64,000 bases of DNA from Fimbriosthenelais zetlandica. Lineage: Eukaryota. A program made the translations under genes and the position numbers. How positions within the stretch are numbered: the stretch's first letter is position 1; every line of letters starts with the position of its first letter. Shown one piece after another: positions 36,101-48,644 of this stretch. The notes under the pieces are model-generated. The model ran no database searches, had not been told where the DNA came from, and saw only the letters and a list, made by a program, of their open reading frames with translations. Where the stretch lies: contig OZ365118.1 of NCBI GenBank assembly GCA_977030845.1, positions 20,770,001 through 20,834,000 of the forward strand, written 5' to 3'.

Positions 36101-39100
36101 GTAGAGAATTTACAAGCATGAATCTGAACCCTCCCCTGGCGACCATCACAAAACAATCCCCGTCCCCTCGTTCTTAAATATTAAGTTTCTATTGCTATAT
36201 TATTTTGGCTAGTGCTTATCTCCAGTCAATAAAAGGTGTTAAGTCTTTTTACTGACTGCTCCAAAGGTAGATTACGTGATAAAGAAATGAGTTAACCACA
36301 GAAGCTCTTTGTGGTAAAGGATAAAACTATAAAGATTTCTAGGCGGTGTGTAGACTGAAACCAACCACCAAGTCTATAGATTGAATACACCCTGATGGTT
36401 AAATTAAGGTGCAGGGTACAAAAATAACTTCAGTGAGAACCTATATTATACACCACCATATATTCCCTCTAAAACGGAAGGGGCAGAATACAGCTAATAG
36501 AATCCAGACCACACACTTAAACACAATGAAGACACAAATAGTCTCTGTGCAAATATTTTAAAACATTTATAGAAGCCGGTTGTAAAAGGCTCTTGCCGAG
36601 GTGTTGACATCTCTATACCCTAGTTGGCAAGGACAAAATATTTTAGTCTTGGTCAGCTGGTCTATTGAAATAGGCTTGACCCCTACTGACCCAGTCCTTT
36701 CAACGTCTTCATCTACCTCTTCAGGTTTATTGCTTTATGACGTCATTGGTTTTAATATTACTCTATATTATAAACTGAGTCAAATGTCATTTCGTAATTA
36801 ACTAAAAATAAGTTTTTGGAATTCCGAAATAACCTATGACCTTTGGTTGATACATTTATATACAACTTATGAGATACAGGATTAGTCTTTTTAGATTTGA
36901 TCTTTTTTTTTTGCGAATATTGGATAGGAAACTCCCCACATTTATTATGGGATGAAATAGTTTTTATATTGGAGGTCGTATTAAAAGTACGGAAAGAATG
37001 GATGCCGAAAAAGCTTTTGAATCGTTTTACAAAGTTTATTAATTATTTTCTTCATTAGTTTGGCAGTGATGATTTATTAACATTATGGTATAATAGTTTA
37101 GGATATTGTAGAAGTTTAGCAGGTCTTTTTGTAGTAGTACATTATGATAAAGACCCATGGTGTAACTAGGAGCACTGAAGCGTTGGTCTGTGAAGCATAG
37201 AGTGGTGAAGAGAGTGCCAAGATACATAGATTCACACTCTCTCCATGAGTGCATGTCGTCACTGGTTGACACCGCTATATTATATACCATTATGACATGC
37301 TCACAGATTATACCCCGAGACAGGCTTGTAGCTTCCAATCCCCATTCTCACTAGACACGCAGCAGAGAGGTGTGAAAGTTCAGACCAGTCCTGTACCTCG
37401 AACCCACCAGCTACGATCTGTAACAACCCCCACCCCCATCTAACTAGTACCCCTAACTCGGTGCCTCTACACTAAACCCTCCCCCCATCTCTGTCCCCAA
37501 CAGCTATTCGAATTCTCGAACCAAAGGTATTATTTTGTTTGGCCTAAGATTGCATTAATTTCATGTTTCCACAGACTACATGCCTGGTTAAATATCGTAT
37601 ACATTTTCTTGGCCTAACCCATTTATTATGAATCATGGTATTGTGGTTGGCCTGGTGATAATTTCTGGCGTGGGTGCCCTATTAGACATGGTAATTAATG
37701 CTTGCTTTTAGATCCTCTAATCTGCCTTAATTAAGCCTCTGATTGGAACCATCAAGAATGATATACTTGGCTCTCTAGAACGCCTCATTATGTGAGCTCG
37801 CTCTTAATAGATAATTTATTTCATCCTAGAACAATATTTCCACCATATTCCCCCTGCAGAGTGGCGTTTTTTAATAGACGTTTTGAGACAATTGAATATT
37901 AATTATCGCTAGTATATAATTTGATGGTATATTCTTTACGTATTACATAAATTATCTACCCGGTATATAATTTCGATATCTTATATCTGTTAAAATGCCA
38001 GTCCAGTCCAAAGTAAAAACATAATTCCCATGCCGTAATGAATGACAGGCAATGATTTATACTTGTGTTAATTAAGATTGTATATTACACGCTCTGCTAC
38101 CTCCCTCATCGCCTCCCACCGTCTACTAGACCTACCCTCTCATTACTGCTGGTGGGTGGGGGGGGGGGATCAGTGTCAATATAACTTAACTCCAACTCGC
38201 TGCTTTCTATCACTTCTGAGAAAAAAACCAGGACCATTAGCAGCTTTTGCTTTCTGCCTCAAGCACAGAGTAATTAATGTGTTAGCTGATTGCTTTGGAT
38301 CTCTCATTTATTATAAGTGTATATTGGTATTTTCTAATCCCTTTTTTCTGATATTTGAGGCCCTTTTGGCTGCCATTTCTTGGCACCCCTGGCATCTAAA
38401 ACATCTCTGCATTATGCAAATAATTTTGGCTGAATATTCTAACTCCTGGAGTGTTCATAATCAAGAATATTAACTTTTGATAATTAATGTTCATCACAAA
38501 TAGGACAGAATACAATTAATCTCTTACATGATGTCCCACTGAAATTTGTTAGCAATTGAAAACTGCCCACTTGGGGAATTTCAATTTCTTTTTCCATAGT
38601 TCCCTCATGACAAATTGGGCATCTCTAATACCAGTTTCAGATTTCCCACTAAAAGTGCCCACTTGGGAATTGTCACTGCCTGTTCAATTAGAGGTTTTAC
38701 TATGCTATCTATAACTGCCCACTGAATGTAGAAACTTTACAGCCATACATTTAGCACCATGATGTATCGCCCATTGACGGGCACTTAAATCATGGCCCAT
38801 GTCCGGGCCCACTCATGCCAATCTGAGTCAATATATATGTGCTGTCAGTGTACATATCTAACCCCATCTATCCTTATAATCATCACAGAGCTAGAGCCAG
38901 TACCGATGTATACCGCATCCTAATGCTACCATACTAGGACAAGGATACTGGTAGATCCATTATTTATTCACGGGTACATATTAATTGAACCATTCTGTGC
39001 CGACAACGTGTTTCCTTCCCTGTATATGTGAAATTTGCTGACTTGACATTTATTCACTCGCTCACTATTCAAAGGATACAGTCGGTATTTTGTAGAGGAT

Positions 39101-42100
39101 AAAGATCCATTAAGGACCACCTCTGATGAATGATTTTCTCTGAATTCTTTTTCTCGATGCCCGGTTTTTGAGGTGTCGTATATAGCTCCGTCTGATTAAC
39201 CAAGCCCTCCATGTATCTATACAGGCAACACTTTTTATCCATCCCGAAAATGTTGAGTTCATTAAGGAGTTACATTTTCTTTACTTATATCATAGAGTAT
39301 TTTACTCTAAGCTTATATCAAATTTTTGTTTGATAAGTTTTATATTTTTCTGCTTCTAGCTACGGTATAAGCATTGTGAAACCTAAATAGAAATCTTCAA
39401 TATTAAGCTACATACAGGATCTTTGTGACTTGGCTCAAGTTCCAGTCTTTAACATCAGTGCCAACTTCTCGGCAGTAAGTAGAGGGTCTGGTTGTGACAT
39501 CTTTAGAAACACATGGCCCTTTAAACTCTTTCCCTTTCTTACTTATTCATGTTTCTCCCACACCTCCAGTTGTGGCTTGACCCACTCCCCCACTTCTTCC
39601 TTCCCTCCAACCACAACACAATATCTCCAGCTGGGGAAGGGGAGGAGGTGCAGTATTTGGCTTGAGGACCCCTCCATCTATCTAATATATATGTCTAAAT
39701 ATTATATAGAGAGGGTGTCTAGCATGTTTGGAGCTGGGAGGTATAATAAATCATGGCCAATATTGGCTAACATCCATGGTTCAACCGTAGACCTGTTACT
39801 TTGACTCATTTTGGCTCAGAGAACAAATTGTTTCATTAGTCACATATGACTTACATTATGGTGACTAAATGTTAGTTTCTCAACAATTTAAAATCTTGAG
39901 ACCCCTTGGGGGATTTTTAAATAATAAAATATGGGCCATTGGGAGTCTTCAAACTATTTTCTATTTTCTTCAATCGTAGCTAAGGTAAAACCTTATATGT
40001 CAACAAATTCCAAGTCATAACATGAGAAAATCTCCATGGAAAAGGAACAGTATCATACCTGTCCATTCTCACTGGTACACAGAACCATTTACTGCTAAAT
40101 ACCCCTCAAGTGTGTGATAAAAACCGTCAAGTATGCTGTAGATAACAAGTCCTATTATTTCTGCTCGTAACCCTTGGCCTTTAAGGAGCTGGACTGGTAC
40201 TTGTAGCAGTGATTTATGAGTTTTGGAATCATGTCAGTTGAGGGTCCATCTCCTCCATTATACGGTATGACTCAGGTGGGTTAACCCCCCACCTACCACC
40301 AACTACCACTCACCTGTCCTTACCTGTACTCTCAGTCCCAATACACCTTACTGTGGGCTTCAGTTAGTACACTCTATTCAGAGGAATTTGGCACGTAAAA
40401 TAGCCCACTATCGCAATATCAATGGACTCGAATTTTATCCTCTATATATACTATTGCGTCAGTCAAATTCAATCAATAAATTCCCAAAATGTTATTGACA
40501 TTTATTCCATAATTCTTATGAAATTTATTAGTCTTTTACATTACCTGATCAATGTTGTTTTTGTTGAGAATTGATTTTTACATAAACCACATGTTGAATC
40601 CACAACCCGTGCCATAATCTAATATTATTATATGATATTATTTTACGGAATGGATTTGGTAATTTCTGGAAATAAACTTTGGCATAAAAATATTGATTGG
40701 ATCTTTTCGACCAAACATTGATTCATAGCTATTGAAGTATCGACCAAGCACCACTGCCAACTTAGTGAGAATAGAATAGCAGAGATCTAGGTGAGATCTA
40801 GTGAAAGGCCCCTTACTTAATGTAAGCTCATGAATAGATGATTGAGAAGTATAGGTACAGGCCTATGATCCTCCCCACTCTCTCTCTTCATGACTGACAT
40901 CAAGATTCTGTCACAAGACTTACATAAGTTATAGGTACACTTTGGAAAATATGATCATTTTTGGCGAGTGATTTTTACATCAATACATAAACCAGTGAAT
41001 GGTATTATAAATTGATAAGCAAATCTGGCTGTGACAAGGATGAATGTTGTTACTTTGATCAGATATGATCAGATAAATTTATTATTTGAATATGTACACC
41101 TATTTTGAGTGATAGTATAGAGTTTGTGTGAGCAGTGATGAAGCAGGGTTGTGATTGTGTGGCTGTCAGCTGGCTGGGTGGATGGACAGTGAGGCTATCA
41201 TACCAGGGTGGAATCTTACTCTCTTCACACCTGGTAAACTAGAGGTATTGGTCTGTGACAATGTTTGAAGGCCATCCATGGAAGTGTTGAACTTGTAGCA
41301 AGAGAAGCAAGGCAAGATATTCAATTAAGTCTTGGGATGTTTAAATACCTGGACAAATCCTGGCACATAATGTATACATCTTAAAAATACTTCCATAGAA
41401 TCGATCTTGGATTATCTGTTTTGATACAAGATCATCTTTTTAATGCCCTTTGCGCTCGGATCATCTGCCTTTAACAGCTGATTTTTAAATATGAGCTAAG
41501 ATCTCTGTTTAATATCTTTGAGCTAAGATAATCGGATAATCACCTATGTTCATGGTTTAAAATATCCAGCACTTTCAACTATGTCTACCCTGTAGTTATA
41601 GGCCTTACCCTGAGGATTAGCAATAACCAGACCCTCGTACCATGTTTGTGGGAGGAATGTTCGTCCATGTACAATACCATCTTTGTCGGCACCTCTGAGA
41701 GGCCGCCCTGCCTTTACATCTCAAGATCCCTCTCCCCTCCAGCCCCCCACCCACCCCCTCCCCCTCCCCCTCCCCCTACTCCACTCTGTCAACACAGAAT
41801 CACATACATGCCTGTGTACAGTGTACATGTTTAGCCGGCCTAGAGACTCGTATAACCTCCTGGGACCTGGGAGCCCCTCTCCCCCCTATATATATTCATT
41901 AGGATTGTCTTACTCATTTGATTTCCCGGGATGTGATTGTCGGGAGCTGCTGCTCTCATCCCAATAAAATCTGGCCGGGTGTGGGGCTTGAATGAAAATG
42001 AACTTTTCTTTTAAAAACGGCAATAGCGGGACAAGAAAATCCCATATATCATCCAGTACATGGATGACATATTGCTTGCTGCTGAAAATAAATTATTAAA

Positions 42101-42319
42101 GAATCATATGGGGCAATATCGTGCATAAGGTCAGTCCATTTTCCACCTATAAAACAGATATTTTCCTGTTTGGATACAATGAAAAAGAGATTACATCCCA
42201 GCAAATAACGGACTGACCAACATCCATAAAGGCGGCGTATTACAGCTGACCACCAGGCGTATTACGCCATGTAACTGCTGGCGTGAGCTGCTCGGATGAG
42301 CTCGTCTCAAGTGCTCATA

Positions 42320-42492
42320 CTGGGCCGGATCCTGGGTTTTATAAGTTGGGGCTTAGCCCTATAAAGAGTGGGTGGGTGGGGCAGTTTTGTACCCCAATAC
42401 TATTTGAGCGACGAGAATTAATCTCCAAAGGAGGGTGTCCTGACCCCTGTACCTACACCCTGACCCCTGTACCTCCACCCTGATCCACCCTG
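42320..42492. mobile_element. Short non-autonomous MITE-like insertion
   Basis: Imperfect terminal inverted repeats (CTGGGCCGGATCC vs reverse complement CAGGGTGGATCA); TCATA(CT) direct repeat on both flanks (42315 and 42493); internal 20-bp tandem CTGACCCCTGTACCT(A/C)CACC. Confidence 0.45.
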
Positions 42493-43607
42493 TCATACTC
42501 CCTTCTTAAGTAGAAATGAACCAAGCAGACATAATGTGTTTTGGGGGTGCGTCCCGGTGACCCTTTATACTGATTTTATATTGATTTCATGACTGGTCCA
42601 GATCCCTGACCAGCGATGGATGACCACCATGTGGGCCGTCCATCATCTGGTCATGGTCCACATTATCTCCCCTCATCCTCTCACCAGATCTTATAATCAG
42701 ATTGATATTCTACTCTCACTTGAGGTATGGATTCGTAATGTTGTGCCCAACCGGATTTGACCGCAATCAAATTATTACAGGGCAGTGGTAAATACGTCAC
42801 GAGGGAGCTATACCTCACACTGTTTATGTGCTCGTATGTAGGTGTACGTTTAAGTTCTCTTTTATGGTAAAGCGAATCTACATATTGCGTTCTTGGGCCG
42901 AGTTCTCCACCAGTGTTAATTCATAGGAAAATTCACCAAATTTAATGAGGAACCAAGGCTTTTAAATCCCCTATATAATGGAAAATTCAACATCCATCAT
43001 GCCAAAGCCTATAGAGGTATACGCTCTATGATTCTGCCACATATAATATTTGAAATATATATAAATGTCTCCACTACTTTTGAGAAGAAAATTCCCCATG
43101 TTTAATGATAAGCAGAACCAAACTCTTTCTCCGCATATTTGAAGTTTGCGTTCAACCAGTTTAGAGAAGAAATACCCCATGATGTATAATGAGGTGTGCT
43201 GAACGAGCTGTATATTCACTGTAACCTATGATGAGCAACTCATGACATAAATCTCAGCGTATCAGCTGGATTTACAGCACGGCCTGTGATAAGTAAATGA
43301 TAGCATCTCAGCTACAGGCCCTGCTCGCCACCATTCATTCACTGATATTCAAACACTCTAATCTCTACATGGACCAGGTCTCTCTTCTAATACATGACCT
43401 TTTTAACTTCCGGTATAGAGCGGAAGTGAGTGGGTCATAGCGGGCTGTGATATTGAACCTGTTTGTTATCGACCAGTATAAACAACCTGTTATCGCTGGT
43501 CGGAATCGCTCAGTGATAACAGCTAAGGCCAGTACTCACTAAGCCAATTTTTCTTTCCAATTTTTTCCCCTCCTCGCATTGCTGTTAACTGGGATATCAA
43601 AGGTTAC

Positions 43608-44064
43608 CCATGGTTCCTTCTGTTTATGGTGACAGACATGTAAAAAGGCACCCATGTGACCTACTGTTTATGGTGACAGACATGTAAAAGGGCATCCATG
43701 GTTCCTTCTGTTTATGGTGACAGACATGTAAAAGGGCATCCATGTTTCCTACTGTCTATGGTGAGAGGCATGTAAAAGGGCATCCATGTGTCCTACTGTC
43801 TATGGCGAGAGGCATGTAAAAGGGCATCCATGTTTCCTACTATCTATGGTGAGAGGCATGTAAAAGGGCATCCATGTGTCCTTCTGTCCATGGTGAGAGG
43901 CATGTAAAAGGGCACCCATGTGTCCTACTGTCTATGGTGAGAGGCATGTAAAAGGGCATCCATGTTTCCTACTGTCTATGGTGAGAGGCATGTAAAAGGG
44001 CATCCATGTGTCCTTCTGTCTATGGTGAGAGGAATGTTAAAGGGCACCCATGTTTCCTACTGTC
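43608..44064. repeat. 44-bp minisatellite, 10 full units + partial
   Basis: CCATG recurs at 43608, 43652, 43696, 43740, 43784, 43828, 43872, 43916, 43960, 44004, 44048; consensus CCATGTKTCCTACTGTCTATGGTGAGAGGCATGTAAAAGGGCAT. Confidence 0.97.
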
Positions 44065-46479
44065 TTATCTGAAAGAACCATTGCTTCTATTGGAGAAAGA
44101 CCATTCAGCCGATAGTCTTAACTTTACCTGTGGATTGTCCTGTTATGTATTGGTATCCAGCATCAAATTATAAATGATTTATTGACTTTAGAAGGAAACA
44201 ATCGGTTCATGTGATTGTGTGAGTGTGTTACTGCCTTTACAGCCTGTCGTGTGTGGAGGACATGGCCGGCTTACTTTATGAGGGGTGGAATCAATGAATC
44301 TCGCCTTGTAAGGCAACACCTGCTGTGCTATTGCCCGCCTTCAAACAGTGTATAAAATCATGGATCACAGCCCACTGCTCGGCTCCTGATCTATTATGTA
44401 CCTAGGGCCACATATATTGGAACAGGCTGTCAGGGTTGAAGCCAGGGAAATATTTCCCGCGATTCCAATATCGCTCCGTATATATGTGACTCTCCCATAA
44501 AAACGACCAGGTTCATGCACACCATTTGGTGGCATGCCAATAGGCAGAACTTTTACAACTATCCATTGGTTTGCTCATGAATAAGTACTTGTGGGCTTGG
44601 TTGGAAGTTTGCTCAGAACAATTGAGACTAAAAAGTCCCGATCCATTCATGAATTGCCAGGAACTGTGTCCCCTTAGGTCGTGTACTGCAACTGTTTATC
44701 GTAATATTCTCATTGAATAAAGATATATAGCAGCTTTTAAAGCTGTGCTATAAAAAACAAAAAATAAAAGAAAGCCTGTATGAGGATATTTGTCTAATGG
44801 TTGTCGGATTGTGGGGCTTCTGTACACGGATGAAGTAATATACATGTCCAACCAGTGCCTGACAATACAGATGACATGAGATAAGATAGTGTCTACAGTA
44901 TATATGACAGATGGTTCTACATATAGAGTCCTTATAGCTGTAGCTGCCTTCATTGTCAATTTGTAATGCTTCCATTATGCTTCCCTACCATCTCTCTGAC
45001 ACTTTTTTTTAGTTTTAATGTATTTTGTATCTTTGGTTATACATTGAAACACGTGTTCTTAATTAATAATTATGCCGGACCTAGAATATATATACTGGTT
45101 TGTGCATTGAAAGTTTGATCAATTTGAATATTATAATATTCAGATTTCTTCTGATCTAAAGTAGTTTAATTTGATAAATAATGTCCTTGACTTAGGACAT
45201 TTATCTTACCCCTTGAGTTTTCATCATTTCCTAACCTAGCAGTCAGGGCTTCAAACATATGGAACCTCGACGCTTAGACTCTTTGAACTTCAAAACCTAT
45301 GTTCATGCAACCTTAACTGACTTCGGTGGTTAATCATTTGCCCTACAAATACACTTTAATCCCTTAACCAATTAATCTCTAACAATTTCTGGAATGATTT
45401 TTCCGGGCCTCGGCCATGGCACAAATTACATGAAGTGGGCTGGCCCAGCCATTTAAAAATGTCATAAATTTCCTCCATTTTTAAAGGGCAAGTTTCTCTT
45501 TTCATGTGGACCTGGTGGCTGGCATCTATGCCTGTTTTAATAACTACAGTTTTACGGCTTGATTTCTTCAGGGAGATCCTTTACTTAAGCCTTTCACTCA
45601 GTCCTCATTTGCCCGCCCCTCTGGGCCCACCAATTCACCTTCACAAGTCTCTGTCTTCCCTTGATCTTCAACCCAGAGGGCCAGTCCCGACCACCAAGAT
45701 TAATTACCCCCAAGAGTGTCTTTTATTGGATGCTAGTGGAAGGAGAGAAGGCCAAAAAATCTCAGAGAAAGAAAAAAAAACTACAGAAAAAAGTGCTTAA
45801 GACATATGGGATGTGTCAGGTAATCCGGTATAGGAAGGAAAAATTATGAGATATCAGAACTGGAGGATTTATTGACGATAAGTGATCGGGAAGGATGATG
45901 TCTTTGTGGTTCAAATGGCAGAAATATTTAGCTTTAACTTAAGATCTCTGAGATATTTTAATGCCCTGTTAAACCTGTATCCATACTATCAACTTAGGAC
46001 ATTTTCCTGATGACGAAATAGAGGTAATTTGTTGCGTGGAAATATAATATTTCTTTGAAACAAATTGCTGTTAATGTTTGAAACGCAATCGAGTGAAAGG
46101 ATAGAAGTCTGGCCTTGGAAGAGTAACAATGAGATGAAGGTTGTCTTTAAAATGATACACGGATGAATTTAATCGTGAAGATTACATTTTAAAAGTAAAA
46201 AAGTCTGATTATTATTATGGTGGTGAGTAAGGGATGTGTTAAGAGGAGGTATAGTGGGATGTTTTGGTGGTAGATGTTGTGTGTTTGCTCCATGGTTGAG
46301 TACACACCTCCATTATACCTGTCTATAACAATCAGTACACGCAGGGAGGAATGTGTAACAGCCTGTTTCCACCCTCCTCCAATCACAGCACGTCTGAGAG
46401 CAGCTCTCAGGAGCAGCTCATTGATGGATGTGTCTCGTCTTTCTATTGGCTGCTTAAATGCCCCCTAGAGTCTGGTGTA

Positions 46480-46715
46480 AACTGGTCTTGTCTCCCTTTT
46501 TCCTTCCTTCATTCTTTCCTTCGTTAGTTCGTTCCTACTTTTCTTCCTTCCTTCCTTTCTGTCCTTTCCCCCTTCGTACTTTCCCCTTCCTTCGACCTTC
46601 CTTCCTTCCCTTACCTTTCCTCCCTCCCAGCCTTCCTTCTTTCCTTCCTTCTTTTCTCCCTTCTTTCCTCCTTCCTTTTCTCCCTTCCCCTTCTTCGTTC
46701 TTTATCCCTTACCTC
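46480..46715. repeat. Degenerate (CCTT/TTCC)n pyrimidine low-complexity tract
   Basis: Read directly; boundaries approximate. Confidence 0.9.
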
Positions 46716-48104
46716 CTTCTAAAATTCCCAGTATCCCTGTCCTTAGACATTGCCCTTTTCCTAACCGTCGTTGAACCCTTACCCTTTCAGGCAGCGAGCT
46801 AGCAGTGTAACCACCTGAGCCAGTTTAAGCAGGGTGAGATATTGGCATTTTGTGCTTTAGCTTCAGTGAGAGGGTGAGAGAGATGTGAGGTGATAGGAGC
46901 TGGTGGTGGAGAGATAACCCACAGGTCTCCATCACCACCTCTAGTCCTCCTTCATCATGCGTTATCTCCACCACAGACCGCTCCCACACATAAATTACTA
47001 ATATATACACATTGACCAGGAGCCCCTATACCAACTATTTAAAAAAGAACAAAATAAACAGAAACAAAATAATGAAAAAGAGCAGCTCTCACTGGAAGTA
47101 TGAGCAGAATAATTCTCCCCTTTCTACAAAATACGTATATAATAGATCTCGTTTTATTGAACATTTTTCTGTAATATTTAGTCCATAATTTTAGCTCTTA
47201 TTAGTTTGTTACTATTCCATATTACAGAAGCATGGAGTATGTATAAGGCAAGGCTGTAAATATCAATATTGGTACAGTTAGAGCCATTTAAAGCACTGAA
47301 ACCCAGGCAGGAACGTGCAAAAACGAAATTTGTTTCCACAACTCCAAATTAAATTTTCATGACAAGTTTTTATGTCTGGCTTTTATGCCAGCATCCCCTC
47401 ACATTCCCATTGATTTGTTCTCCCCAGACTAAGTTAGTTTTAGAAAATTGATTTTTTTAAACATGTAACTGTTATTGGAAACAATTATTTATTTGATGAT
47501 GTTTGGCCTTGATCGATTGTGCCACGCCCATGCTTACCTCCCGCTGTGTGGGTAGAGGAGCCTCTACCGCTGCTAGATTCAAATAGAAACTAGATTAGAA
47601 TTAGATTAGATCAGGCCAGATATGATGGAGAACGATTGATTTTATTGAGTCAAAAAGTGAGCTTTTTGATTCGTTACAATGACATTATCCGGTTCCTCAA
47701 GGATTTGTGTGTCATTCCAGGGGCTACAATATGGATGGATATTTTATCCACTGAATGGACTCTTTGTCCATTAACCAACAATATACTGGCTTTACTGTAT
47801 CAGTTGCTGTTATTAATGATGCATTTTTATGGCCTGTTCTGCGTTTGCATCCATGGGTATACCGAACCAACCATTGTATTTACAATCATTGTCTTCATGT
47901 CAGTAAATTAATTAATTAATTTAATTTTATATTTTCCAGGTTAGATAACATCATATTTTGACCACATCAATCATGGAGTGCGAGGAGAGGCGAATCTTCG
48001 CCTCCACCTAAAACCAACCCACCCAGCCACATTTTATCATTCTACCATTCAAAAAAATCAAAACTTCAGTGAAAAATTCCAAATCCATAGATGAAACTTT
48101 TAAA

Positions 48105-48644
48105 ATGAGTTGGTTTAAAAAGCAGGGACAGCGAGGTGAGGTCCGGGCCACCGGGCCTCCAAACCAACAACTAAAATCCGGATCCGCGGCCAAAAACTCA
48201 GTGGCCAAGATGGTGGCCCGGCCTCGGAGCGGGACTGACCCGGACACATGCCTGGAGGTGTTTAAATCTCACTGGTTACAAGCAGTGACCATCATGAACA
48301 AAATCAACATGGCTCCTGGATCGTCATCCAAGCGGAACAGTCAGCAGGAGGAGGTGGATGCCGTCTCCCAGCATTGTGATCAGATGATGTTACTCCTACT
48401 GGAGGAGCACGGCGACCGTAACGGTCAGGGCCCTATACTACAGTTTATGTTATCAGAGGATATCCTGGAGAAGATCCTCACCTGGAGCACCAGGACGGGA
48501 GAGATGGTGGATAAACTGAGACTTCATCATATTAAGATGTTTGATATGTTGATCAGTCAGGCTCAGCAGCCATTACTCATACATAAACCCATCATCAGAC
48601 CGCTACTCAAGCTACTCAGTGCCTGCGCTGAACACCCAAATAAG
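48105..48644 (+). CDS. FHIP1: FHIP1 first coding exon (coding part; exon starts at 47940)
   Basis: ATG MSWFKKQG; ends AAG|gtacat; 180 codons. Confidence 0.9.

Noticed and set aside
37330-37475. Minus-strand GGTGGGTTCGAG box-B-like motif as tRNA or SINE head
   Set aside because: No box A or cloverleaf; at most a heavily decayed SINE that I cannot support.
43608-44064. Regular repeat array as a CRISPR array
   Set aside because: Units are contiguous with no unique spacers, no cas genes, eukaryotic intron context.
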